A stretch of DNA of 63,982 bases, the filler included, from Sanchytrium tribonematis (taxonomy: Eukaryota): assembly GCA_018985235.1 (NCBI GenBank). It is 9 parts of 9 records of this genome, joined end to end, with 100 filler letters (N's around TTAATTAATTAA, not from the genome) between each part and the next. Parts side by side here need not be neighbours in the genome. Positions count along the whole stretch, not along the records: positions 50,284 to 57,325 come from JADGIG010000468.1; positions 57,426 to 63,982 come from JADGIG010000515.1; 7 more parts are not named here. One strand, given 5' to 3'. Below, piece by piece: positions 52,980 to 63,982 of this stretch (the first letter of the stretch is position 1; each line of letters opens with the position of its first letter). The notes under the pieces were generated by a model. That model was not told the origin of the DNA. It did not search any database and saw only the letters and a list, made by a program, of their open reading frames with translations. A program made the translations under genes and the position numbers.

Positions 52980-55900
52980 ATGAATGCAGACATCGCAATC
53001 TTGCAGAGAAAGAAAGATGACTTGGACGATGCTGCCGCTCTTCAATTTACGGAGAAGAAATGGTGTTGGATTCCTGATAAAGAAAACACATTTGTTGCAG
53101 CCCATATCACAGAGGAACTAAAAGAGCAGTATAAAGTACGAACTCAAGACGAGAAAGAATTATTAGTCGGTATTAATGAAATTCAAAAAATGAACCCTCC
53201 AAAATTTGAGAAAGTTGAGGATATGGTGGATCTAGCATATTTAAATGATGCTAGTGTATTGTTTAATCTTAAACAGAGATATTTTTCATCATTGATCTAT
53301 ACTTACAGTGGCTTGTTTTTAGTGAGTGTAAATCCTTATCAAAAATTGCCAATTTATACTGATCAGATTGTTAAATCGTATAAATCGAGAAAGCGACAAG
53401 AAGTACCACCTCATGTTTTCGCAATTGCAGATCAAGCTTATCATGCCATGTTGGGAAATAGAGAAAATCAGTCTATTTTAATTACTGGAGAGTCTGGAGC
53501 CGGTAAAACCGAAAACACAAAAAAGGTTATTCAGTACTTGGCAGCTATTGCAGGAAAAAATTCTCAAGTTGGAAATTTAGAGGCGCAATTATTACAGGCT
53601 AATCCTATTTTGGAGTCTTTTGGAAATGCTCAAACGGTTAGAAATAATAATTCCAGTCGTTTTGGAAAGTTTATTCGTATTGAATTTTCCAGCGATGGTC
53701 ACATCTCTGGTGGTAATATTGAATGGTATTTATTGGAAAAGAGCAGAGTTGTATATCAAACCGCTAATGAGCGAAATTATCATATCTTTTATCAGTTTTT
53801 AAAAGGTGCTCCAGAAGCCACAAAGAAGTTGCTTTTAGCAGATGGAAATTTGAATTCATATGGATATATTGCAAAATCAAATAAAATGATTGACGGAGTA
53901 GATGATGTTGTGGAATTCCAATCATTAATGGACGCATTGAAAGTAGTTGGATTTAGCGACGATGAAAAGTTTCAATTGATCCGAATTGTTGCTGCAGTTT
54001 TGCATTTGGGAAACATCAAACCTACTGCTGACCGTGAAGACTATGCACAATTACCGGATTTGAGTCATTGTGAGAAGACTTGTCATGTTTTAGGGATTAA
54101 CGTCAAAGACTTTGCCCAAGGATTAATTAAGCCTAAAGTGAAAGCCGGTAGAGAAACTGTTGTGCAAGCTAAAACAGTTGAACAAGTTTTGTATTCAATT
54201 GAAGCCTTGGCTAAATCTTTATACGAGAGAATGTTCGGTGCATTAGTAGACAGAATTAATATGGCTTTGGATAGGCCAACTGCAAGATCAACATTTATTG
54301 GTGTTTTGGATATCGCAGGTTTTGAGATTTTTGAAAATAATTCATTTGAGCAATTGTGTATTAATTATACCAATGAAAAATTGCAACAATTCTTTAATCA
54401 CCATATGTTTGTAAGAGAGCAGGAAGAATATCAAAAGGAAGGATTAGAATGGAAATATATTGACTTTGGTCTTGATTTGCAGCCTACAATTGATTTAATT
54501 GAAAAGAGCAACCCAATTGGTGTTTTGAGTTTATTGGATGAGGAATGTGTAATGCCAAAAGCCACTGACAAAACTTTTGTTGAAAAGTTGCATGGTTTAT
54601 GGAAGGGAAAGACCACAAAATACGATGTACCAAGATTTGGTGAAGGCTTCATTTTGCACCACTATGCAGCCAAAGTCGAATATAAGACATCTGGATGGTT
54701 GGAGAAAAACAAGGATCCAATTAATGACAATATCACTCAATTATTCAGTGTTTCTTCTGAGCAATTCGTAGCTGATTTGTTTAAGGATTTCAATGAAGTG
54801 AAAGATCCAAAGAAAGCTAGTGTTACCAAAAAAGGTGTTTTTAGAACAGTTGCGCAACGTCACAAGGAACAATTGACAAGCTTAATGAACCAATTAATGA
54901 CAACCCAGCCTCATTTCGTAAGATGCATTTTGCCAAACGAGGAAAAGAAGGCTGGAAAATTTATATATGCACTAGTACTTCATCAATTAAAGTGTAATGG
55001 TGTATTAGAAGGTATCAGAATTTGCAGACAAGGTTTTCCAAATCGAATTTTATTCGCGGACTTCAAACAACGATACGAAATTTTGGCTCCGACTGCTGTT
55101 CCAAAAGGATTTATGGACGGAAAACAAGCTTCTCAAAAGATTTTGGAATTTGTCAAACAAGACCCAAACACTTACAAAATCGGGCATTCTAAGATCTTCT
55201 TCAAAGCTGGAATTTTGGCAGAATTGGAAGAACAAAGAGACACAATGTTGTCCAAATATATGGGAAGCTTCCAAGCTTTGGCAAAGGGATTTTTACAGCG
55301 AAGAAATCAAAGAAGAAAGTTGGATCAAGTCGCAGCTATCAAATTAATTCAGAGAAATGCAAGAATTTTTATTCGATTAAAGGAATGGAGTTGGTACAAA
55401 TTATACTCCAAGGTAAAACCTTTATTAGCTGGTGCAATGACCGAGCAGACTATGAGAAGACAACAAGAGCAGTTGGATGAATTGAAAAATCAAATTGATA
55501 GTGCTCAACAAAGTAAACTTTCTTTGGAGAAAACCGCTCAAGATTTGGAAATGGAAAAGCGAAAAATTGAAGACGAATTAAACAGAGAAAAAATTAGCGC
55601 TAATGAAGCCACTGAATCGTTGTTCAATACTAGACAAAGACTTGCTGATTTGGAAGCTAAATATAATGATTTGCAAAAACAATTTCAAGAACAGCAGACC
55701 AATTTACAAGATCTTTATCAATTGAAGAGTAAATTGGAAGGAGAATTAAAAGAAACTAAGTCAGCTCTTCAAGATAATTCTTCCAAGAATGATTACTTGC
55801 AAAATAATTTGAAATCACAAGAAACTCAATTGGGTGTTTTGAAACTTGATTTTGAAAATGAAGTCAGCAAATCTAACAAGTTGCAAAATGACAAGGTTCA

Positions 55901-57325
55901 ATTGCAGGAGCAGATAAACAAATTGCAGCAAGAATATAATAGTAATGTAACTAAAGAGCAATCATTGCAAAAGGAAAAGTTGAAACAAGATCAAAGCTTG
56001 AAAGAATTACAAGACAAATATGATATTTTGCAAAATCAGTATAATTTGTTGCTGAAAAAGAAGGCTGAATTAGAGCAAGAACTTCAAAAGCAACAGGCGC
56101 TCTATGAAGAATTGCAAAAGAATCATTTGGCAACAACAAACTCATTACGTAAATTGGAAACTGATTTCACAAGTGCTTCTGGACAGTTGAAACAAGAACA
56201 AGAACAAAGAAATGACTTGGAAAAACAGAAGAGAGAATTAAATACTAGAGTTCAGCAATTATGTACCGAACTTGAGAATGAGCAAAACCAGAAAGAATCT
56301 TTAAACGACCAAAAAAAGAAGCTTCAAGTTAAAGTTGATGAGTTAGAAAATATTGTTGCCACTAAGTCTGATGCTCATACTAAAACAAATGAGCTATATA
56401 AACGTAAGGAATTAGAAATCCAAGATCTCCACAATCAACTACAGAATGTCACTTCTCAATTGGAAGATACGAAAACCAAGAATACACAAATTGTTCAGCA
56501 GCTAAAAAATACTCTGGATGAAGTCAGAAACGAGCAAGAAAATATCAATAAGAATAAGGGAGTTGTAGAAAAGAAATATTTGGAACTTCAACAGCAATTT
56601 GAAGAGTTGCAGGACAGTAAGAATAAACTGGACAGACAACAGAGACAGACTGCTCAGGATTATGCGCAATTCAAAAATTCTAGTGATTTGCTTTCTCAAG
56701 AATTGGTTCAAATTAAAGCGCTAAAAACTGATCTCGAAAAACAACTACAAATTGCTCTGGTTCAAAAACAGGAATTTGAAGACTTTTACACTAAAAGTGA
56801 CAGAGAGAAGCAGCAAGTTCAAAGATTATTAGAAAATAGCAAAGATGAACTCCAAGAGGAGAACAGAAAACGCGCAAATTTGGAAGCCCAAAAGAAGAAG
56901 CTTCAAGTCGAGATCGATGATTTGACGCAGAGAATTGATTCTGAAGTAGCCAATAATCAGGAATTGCAAAAAAAGTTTGCCGTCAAACAACAAGAATTAG
57001 AATCTTTCAAAGCGGAATATAGCGAAACCACCAAAGATCAACTTGTTCAATTGGAGGAGCAGAAGAGAAAATTGGAAGTTGAATCGAAAGAGCAAAAATC
57101 TAAATTGGCTGAGTTGGAATCTCAGATTGCAAATTTGGAAAAGAACAAACAGCGATCCACAGTTGAGATCGAAGACTTAAGACACGAGGTCGAAGTGGAA
57201 CAACAAATGACTCGTCAATTGAACAAACAGCAAAAACAAACTGAGACCCAACTGTCAGAATTGAACAATCAACTAGAAAATGACAAAAAAATAATCAGTA
57301 ATCATGAGTTACAACAGAAAAAATT
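52980..57325 (+). CDS. MYO1: Myosin II heavy chain (3' truncated by contig end)
   Basis: SH3-like N-terminus, GESGAGKT, NNNSSRFG, DIAGFE, CNGVLEGIRI, IQ region and long coiled-coil tail. Confidence 0.96.
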
Positions 57326-57435
57326 NNNNNNNNNNNNNNNNNNNNNNNNNNNNNNNNNNNNNNNNNNNNTTAATTAATTAANNNNNNNNNNNNNNNNNNN
57401 NNNNNNNNNNNNNNNNNNNNNNNNNTCTCTCTCTT

Positions 57436-59401
57436 TTGATGTCTGTCTCTCAAGACTGTCCCATACTAGTCCAACTCGCACTAGATATGGATATCAAGTA
57501 TACTTATACGGATTATTTTATTCAATATGAAAAAGATTGTTGTTTGGGAGTCGGGGTAGTTTGTGAAAATAATCTGGTAACGGAGATTCATTGGGAATTT
57601 CCAGTGGATTATATTAAAAATTCAGTACCAGTTGTCACATTCCCTCCAAATTTACGTGTCTTGGATTTGTCTTACACCGAGAAAGCATTGATTATCAATA
57701 ATTTACCAAGTTCGTTGAGAATATTGGATTTGAATTATGCAGAGAATGTCATTCTTGATATTAAACAAATTCCATATTTGACAATATTTAGATTTAAAAC
57801 TTATTATTCTAAAAATATCCCAAATATTCCAAGATTACCAGATTCATTGGAAGAATTGTATATGGATTATTATGGCAGTGATAATTTACCACTCAATGCT
57901 GTCAACTTGATCTATATTTACTTGAAATGTCTCAATAATAATGCACCTCGTGCGCCATTTCCCAATTTGCCAGAAACAATCCAATATGTCAATATTTATG
58001 ATTGCCAATTTCAAGGTATGATGTCTATTGATTTCAAAAATATAACACATTTTGGTGCAAGTGGCAACTATTTGTCTGGAAATTTGAACATTTCATCTCC
58101 AGATATTACTTTTTTGGATGTAAGCTCAACTTATTTTAACAGATTATTTGTCAAAAACCCTCAAAAACTTACATATTGCTTCTCCTATGGTCCTTTTTTT
58201 GAACCCGATAATGAAAATGAATTCCATATATTCAACGAATTGATGCATCTTCTTTAGATTCCTGTAAATATGTCGTGAAAATGTTTCAAAAATTAGGGAT
58301 TTCTACTCCATTAATTGAAACAAATTGTTGTGATTCCGAATTGGCACAAACAATTACATGCAGTGGTACAAATGTTATTGAATTAAAGATATCTTCTTCA
58401 AATGCATTCAAAACTGTAAATGGATTTGCATTTGATGTTGCAGATGTGTTTACAAAAATTGACAATTACTGGTTTATTCAGTCAATCAGCTATATTTCCA
58501 AATATGACATCTAAAAATCTGACATTTTTGGAAATAAAATCTGCCAATATTGACAAGATATTTATAAAATCACCCACATTGCCCAAATCATTGACCAAAC
58601 TGCATATTTTATATTGCAATCTTACTGGTAGTATCATGAATTTACCACCCAGTTTACAGGAATTGCAACTTCAAGGCAATTATTTGAGTGGTCCATTTCC
58701 TATGTTTCCTGTTACTTTAAATAGCATTGTACTCGGTGATAAAGTCAAAGAGGGTAATTCATTTAATGACAAGTTGATTTTACAACAGCCGCTGTCAGTA
58801 ATTTTGGGAAATACAAATATTTATGATGTATTATTTCAAAACACGAGTTTATTGGCTAATTGTGACTTGTCATTTAATCCGCTATTAAATAGCACCAATA
58901 TTGGCAGTTATACAATGTGCAAACAATATTATTTGACTCCAAAAATAGACAAATTACAAATTGGCTCTGCTGTTTCAAGTTTTACTACTAAATTTACAAC
59001 TATTTCAAGTTTTAAAGCAATGTCTGTTGTCTCTTCTATCAGTTTGTCTCCCGCAATTACTATAGAGCAAGATCATACATTAGAGTTGACTGAAATTGAC
59101 TCAAAATCAAGTAATTTGTATTTATTTAGTTGTTACACGTATATTTTATAAAACCACCAGCAAAGTGTCAAACAATTCAGATTCAACTCTAAAAAATGAT
59201 TTGAATGAACCATCAACCTCATTAAATTCAATGACATTCTCTAAATTTCATTATAATGTCAAATTATTTGAAATTAATTGGAATTGGCAAATGATTACCA
59301 GATTAGAAATCAGTCTTTTGCTGATTGTGAGTTTATTAACTCGTTTAACAGTCTTAAAAAGAAGAAAAACAACAAAAAAGCCTCAATCTTTCACAATTTA
59401 A
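57436..59401 (+). pseudogene. LRR receptor-like gene (two Cys-cap/LRR modules + S/T stalk + TM) broken by about three frameshifts
   Basis: Four consecutive ORFs join into the same architecture as 40252-41892; no GT-AG introns were found to explain the breaks. Confidence 0.7.
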
Positions 59402-59413
59402 GTAAAATATTGT

Positions 59414-62400
59414 TTATTCGGTACTAAAAATACACTGTCTACATCGCACATTTGACGAACTTGTTAAATAATATGTTTTTGGGGTCAATTCTACTTCACA
59501 TAATTCACATGTAAAATGCTGAGTATGGAATACCATTGCCTTGTCACGCATTGGAATTGAAATATATTCCCCTTCTTTAATATGAAACCCGCATCGCATG
59601 CATTTTAAAATGCTCTCAAAATGTTCCTGGCAATAGCAATTCTCATTCATTAGCACATAATTCCTTCCAGCTATACTCTGCTGACATACCAAGCATTTTC
59701 TACAATTTGTATGATATTTCTTGTTATTTATCGTCAAATACTCATTTTCAATCACATCTCCACAATAATCACACACCATTCCCATAAATCGCATATAATG
59801 CTCTTTACAATATGGTAATTCATCATGTGGCACAAATCCCTTGGTTAATGCGCAATCACAAACAACACACGTAAAACACGTAGAATGCCATAAATGATTT
59901 AATGCTTTCACCATCTGATCAGTCTGTTTAAATGGAATATCACATCTATAACATACCTTGTCTTTACTCACTTGCGCATAATGATTTAAACAAAATAATT
60001 TATCATCAAACAATTTACCCCCATTTTTACAATCCATTTTGCATTCAAAACATGTAAAATGCTCAGAATGAAATGGTCTACCATCTATTAATAAATAAGT
60101 GCCATCTATAGTTGTCTTGCATCCCGTACATAATATAATTTCATTAATTTGATGATTGATTTGATTTGCATTTGAAACAGCAGTTTCAATCACACTAAAT
60201 AATGATTTTAAACTGGGTTTCTCTACTTTAGGGAGTACTGCAATGGTATTTGAATTACTTTTTGATTCTATTTTAGTAGATTCTGGTGCACTTTTACGAT
60301 TTAATTTCATATCTTCAAATCCCTGTGATTTTCTAATTTCTAATTGATTTGGCATAGAAGGCATTGATTTAGGAGTAGATGATCTACTATTGATGACGGA
60401 TGATGTATTAATAGTACTGAGTGATTTTAATGCCTCGTCTAAATCTTTTTCATAATTATCAATTTGAGCAGATAAATGCGATTTCTCACTCGTAAATGAG
60501 ATTTGACTAATGGCGCGTGATGATCTCTTACTATTATCTGATAATTCAACATCTTCTTGAGATTCATCCACTTTAAACATCCGACTTTGCTGGATGCTGC
60601 TACTGGGTGTCAGCATATCATCTTCTTTAGGAATGAATAAATCATAGTTACTGGTGGTCATTCTATGATTCTCTTGTCCTCTTGTCATGGTTAATTGGTG
60701 GATATTCTCTTGAGATGCATTATAAATGGTTTCACTCTTTTCTGGTCTAGATTCTCGTCTTCTTCTTTGTATTTTAGGGAATTCCATGGTTTTAGATGGA
60801 TTGATAGTCATGGTTCTATTTAAATCATCATCTACACGCATCAAATCTGTATTTATAGAGGATCTGGATGATTTTAAGCGCATTGGGGAATCCATGGCTG
60901 CTTGATGAATAATAATTGGCACATCGTATTCTTTTAATTGGTGGTTCTCTATTTCATTAATAGCATCATTTAATGGATGATAACCAGTGCCCATCTTTAA
61001 ATCTTCATTTTTATTATTAACAACGGCATCTCCGTACATTTCTACTAATTTAGCCAATTGGGGTTCTGCTTCTGATCTTTTTACTTTTTTACCAAATGCA
61101 TTCTCTCTTAATGATTGATGAGTGGCTAAATTCTCTAAATAATCCATCATTGGTTTGATTCTGGGTTCTACCCATTGATTCATTGGAATCATAAAGGGTT
61201 CTTTTTCTAAATAAATGTGAAATACTTCCAAATAATGTCAAATTGGCTAAATTTTGAATGGTTTTAGCGGCTAATGTCAATGTTCTCTTTCTTTTTTCAT
61301 CTATAAATTGATTGGTTAATTCGAATAAATTGGGGCCTAAAATAGCTGGTGCAAAGAATCTAAGGAATACGAAACCGGCTACTGCTGGATATAATGCATT
61401 TGGATCACTAAATCGACTTAAAACATGATTAGAACAGTCAAATAATATGGTCTGTAATGGTTTAGGGAAATCTGCTACTTTACTGAAAATACTAGTGATT
61501 AATTTATCACAAAATGACATAAGATTGGTTAAATTCTTTGGGGATTGTTCTGCAGGTAATTCTAATCGTGTCGGATCCAGTTCCCCGTCTAATTCACTTT
61601 TCAAAAAATCATTAATTGGCTCTTTTAAACAATCCTTTAAATATTGCATACCTTGGTATTTGAAATAGCATTCTACAGTTTTAGAACACATTGAATTATT
61701 TCTGAATAATGTGCCCAATGATTCTGATTTATTGATTTCATACTTTAATAAATGATATAATAATTCATGGATGCAATTCAACGAGTCACATACTTTGATT
61801 AATGCTTTAGAACACTCTTCTCTGTTCTTTTCTACTAAATTGACGAGTAAATATTCTTGTTTCATTAAATTATCCATGAATTTCATGTAATTTTCATATT
61901 TATAGACTTGGATATCTTCTTTAAAGAAATTTAATTGTAATAATTGATGACATCCACAAGAATTGACGCAATATTTGGAACATACTTTGTGGACGGTGCC
62001 ATGACATTCTGAGCATGTTTTAATATCACTGTTTTTCGGGATTAATCCTAAGCAAAAGATGCATGCTGTGGCAGTGGGTGCAAAAGTACCTTGCCATTTA
62101 TGTGTTTTACCATTGTTATAGTCGGTAGAATGAAATTTCTTTAAAATCATCTTTTCTTGACTGGCTGTGTATTTATTGTCAATATTGGTTGAATTTATGG
62201 ATGATCTGGTCTTTCTTTCTTGCTGGGTGATTGGACTGAGTGGTAATTCTCTCTCAAAGATGATATTTGGGTGAATAATTGAGATTGGGACTCGAACATG
62301 GCCATGAAACTCAATATCTCCTTGGATTTGACCAAAAACAAAGATGGCTACTTCCATTTCACGATCTAATTTATCATCTTGAATCATCATAATTTCATTA

Positions 62401-63053
62401 AATTTGGGATTTTCACTATTTTGGACGATTGGGGTTCGTTTGATGTTAATTCCTTTGGGATCGGGTAATACAGTGGCAATGACGTATGGGCATGGCTTCA
62501 TACTTGGTATGGTGCATGTTAATTTCTTACATTCAATGATTCTCAATTCTAAACTCTTCTTTTCTACGGAATATAAAATAGAGAATCTAATACTGCCATA
62601 GCCACTCACAGGCTCTGTTAAAGAACATGGGAACCAGGATCGACCACATATTTGTTCTTGAGTCAAGAATATACGTGGAATTATAGTTTTACCCAAAATC
62701 ACGTCTTTTCTACCCACGTTATTCATTTTAATCTCTAAATATTCAGGAAATGCCCCTCTAATCGTATCATGCTCATATTCATACTTACTAGCCCAATAAA
62801 CACTACCTGGTTGCACGACTTTCTCAGCTTGATATTGATATGGGGTAGAAATGGTAGAATACCAATTTTGGACATCATAATTCCCAAATGTCCCACTCAA
62901 AGCGCAATAAACCATATTCTGCTTCTCTTTAATACGCGCTTCAACGATTTCAGTAGTTAATAAACTAACATGACGCGGCATCTCAAAAAATAATTTTACT
63001 GTTTCAGATGAATCAAGCCCCTCTAAACTCGCTACAAAAATGTTGACTCGCAT
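59414..63053 (-). CDS. C2-C1-RasGAP-LIM multidomain protein (single gene; 19-nt intron at 61207-61225)
   Basis: C2 (PCPYV..NPKFNE), C1 (H..CIFC..CSEC..H..C), RasGAP ([18 protein letters not shown]) and four LIM domains. Splicing restores FGKKEPFM. Confidence 0.88.
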
Positions 63054-63776
63054 TTTAAAAAGTGATAAATTGATGCTACATCGCAATACACCCACCAATA
63101 ATGCATCAATTAAATTCAAATTCAATGCAAAGAATCAGAAATTAGTAGATTCCATCATCAAACAATATCCTCAAAATTATGAAAAAGGTGCCATGATCCC
63201 ATTATTGGATCTAGCACAACGTCAAAATGGATTTTTAAGTATTGGATGCATGAATCATGTTGCTGAAATACTACAGGTTCCTCCAATGCGCGCATATGAA
63301 GTGGCTTCTTTTTACACCATGTTTAATCGAGAACCCATTGGTAAATTCCATATCCAAGTATGTACGACCACCCCATGTGAATTATGTGGCAGTACAGATA
63401 TCGTAAACACCATTAAAGAAGAATTAAAGATAAATGTAGGGGAAACAACTGAAGATGGATTATTTACTTTGAGTGAAGTAGAATGTGCTGGTGCTTGTGT
63501 AAATGCACCTGTTATGGCTATTAATGATGATTATTTTGAAGATTTGAATAAATCAACCACATTAGAGATATTGAGAGGGTTTAAATCGGGTAAAGCAGTG
63601 GCTGCAAGTAATTTATGATTGATTTAGTGGGAGTTGCTGCAAAAGAGAATGAATTACAACAAGGACCACAAAAGACAAATGAAGGACAACGACGCAATTG
63701 CGAGCCAAAAACAGGACAGACTACATTGACTGAGAAGCCATATGGACCTGGATTTGGAGTGAGAAGTGATTTGTGA
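63040..63776 (+). CDS. NDUFV2: Complex I 24-kDa subunit; 20-nt intron at 63608-63627
   Basis: [27 protein letters not shown] and [11 protein letters not shown]. Splicing restores the C-terminal [17 protein letters not shown]. Confidence 0.95.
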
Positions 63777-63982
63777 GTAAATTGAATTGATTGGCGTCTC
63801 TTCTACTCACATTGTCACTAATTTTTGCAACACTCCATGGATCCCCCAATTTCTTCACTCCATTTAAATAAGCCACATTTAATCACCATCTCACTATCAT
63901 CCACAATCTCCCATGCATTATCCATTTTAAAAGACCATAATATTTTATCCATTCCAATTCACGCCCATTTCCCACATCATCA

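Noticed and set aside
7126..57425. Regularly spaced TTAATTAATTAA motif every ~7.1 kb
   Set aside because: Assembly linker embedded in Ns with six-frame stops; the spacing reflects length-sorted contigs. ORFs running through the X stretches are artefacts.
1737..62960. Numerous short antisense or nested ORFs in the track
   Set aside because: They overlap well-supported genes on the opposite strand or frame and show no motifs.

Overview
This is AT-rich eukaryotic DNA from a very compact, intron-poor genome. LYS1, myosin II and Crinkler-like genes suggest an early-diverging fungus or close relative (inference). The window is not one locus. It is nine ~7 kb contigs in descending length order, joined by artificial 100-nt N/TTAATTAATTAA linkers, so no synteny holds across linkers. 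Housekeeping genes: PPE1, LYS1, SDH4, POT1, COQ9, MET2, dolichol kinase, MscS, myosin II, RasGAP-LIM, NDUFV2 and histone H3. Accessory content: LRR receptor-like proteins, secreted families, a kinase-Sel1 gene beside an MLKL-like pseudokinase, and a Crinkler-type NTPase. The highlight is contig 1 (1-7125). A PIF/Harbinger transposon (13-bp TIRs, 2-bp AT TSD) contains a tRNA-derived, Pol III-type RNA. Removing the transposon restores, in frame, a Crinkler-header ORF1 of a non-LTR retrotransposon. That ORF1 is separated from APE-RT-ZnF-RNase H only by one in-frame TAA followed by a perfect 11-bp hairpin, a candidate programmed readthrough signal. Three 19-20 nt GT-AG introns each restore conserved motifs. 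All protein calls come from motif recognition by eye; no database searches were run.
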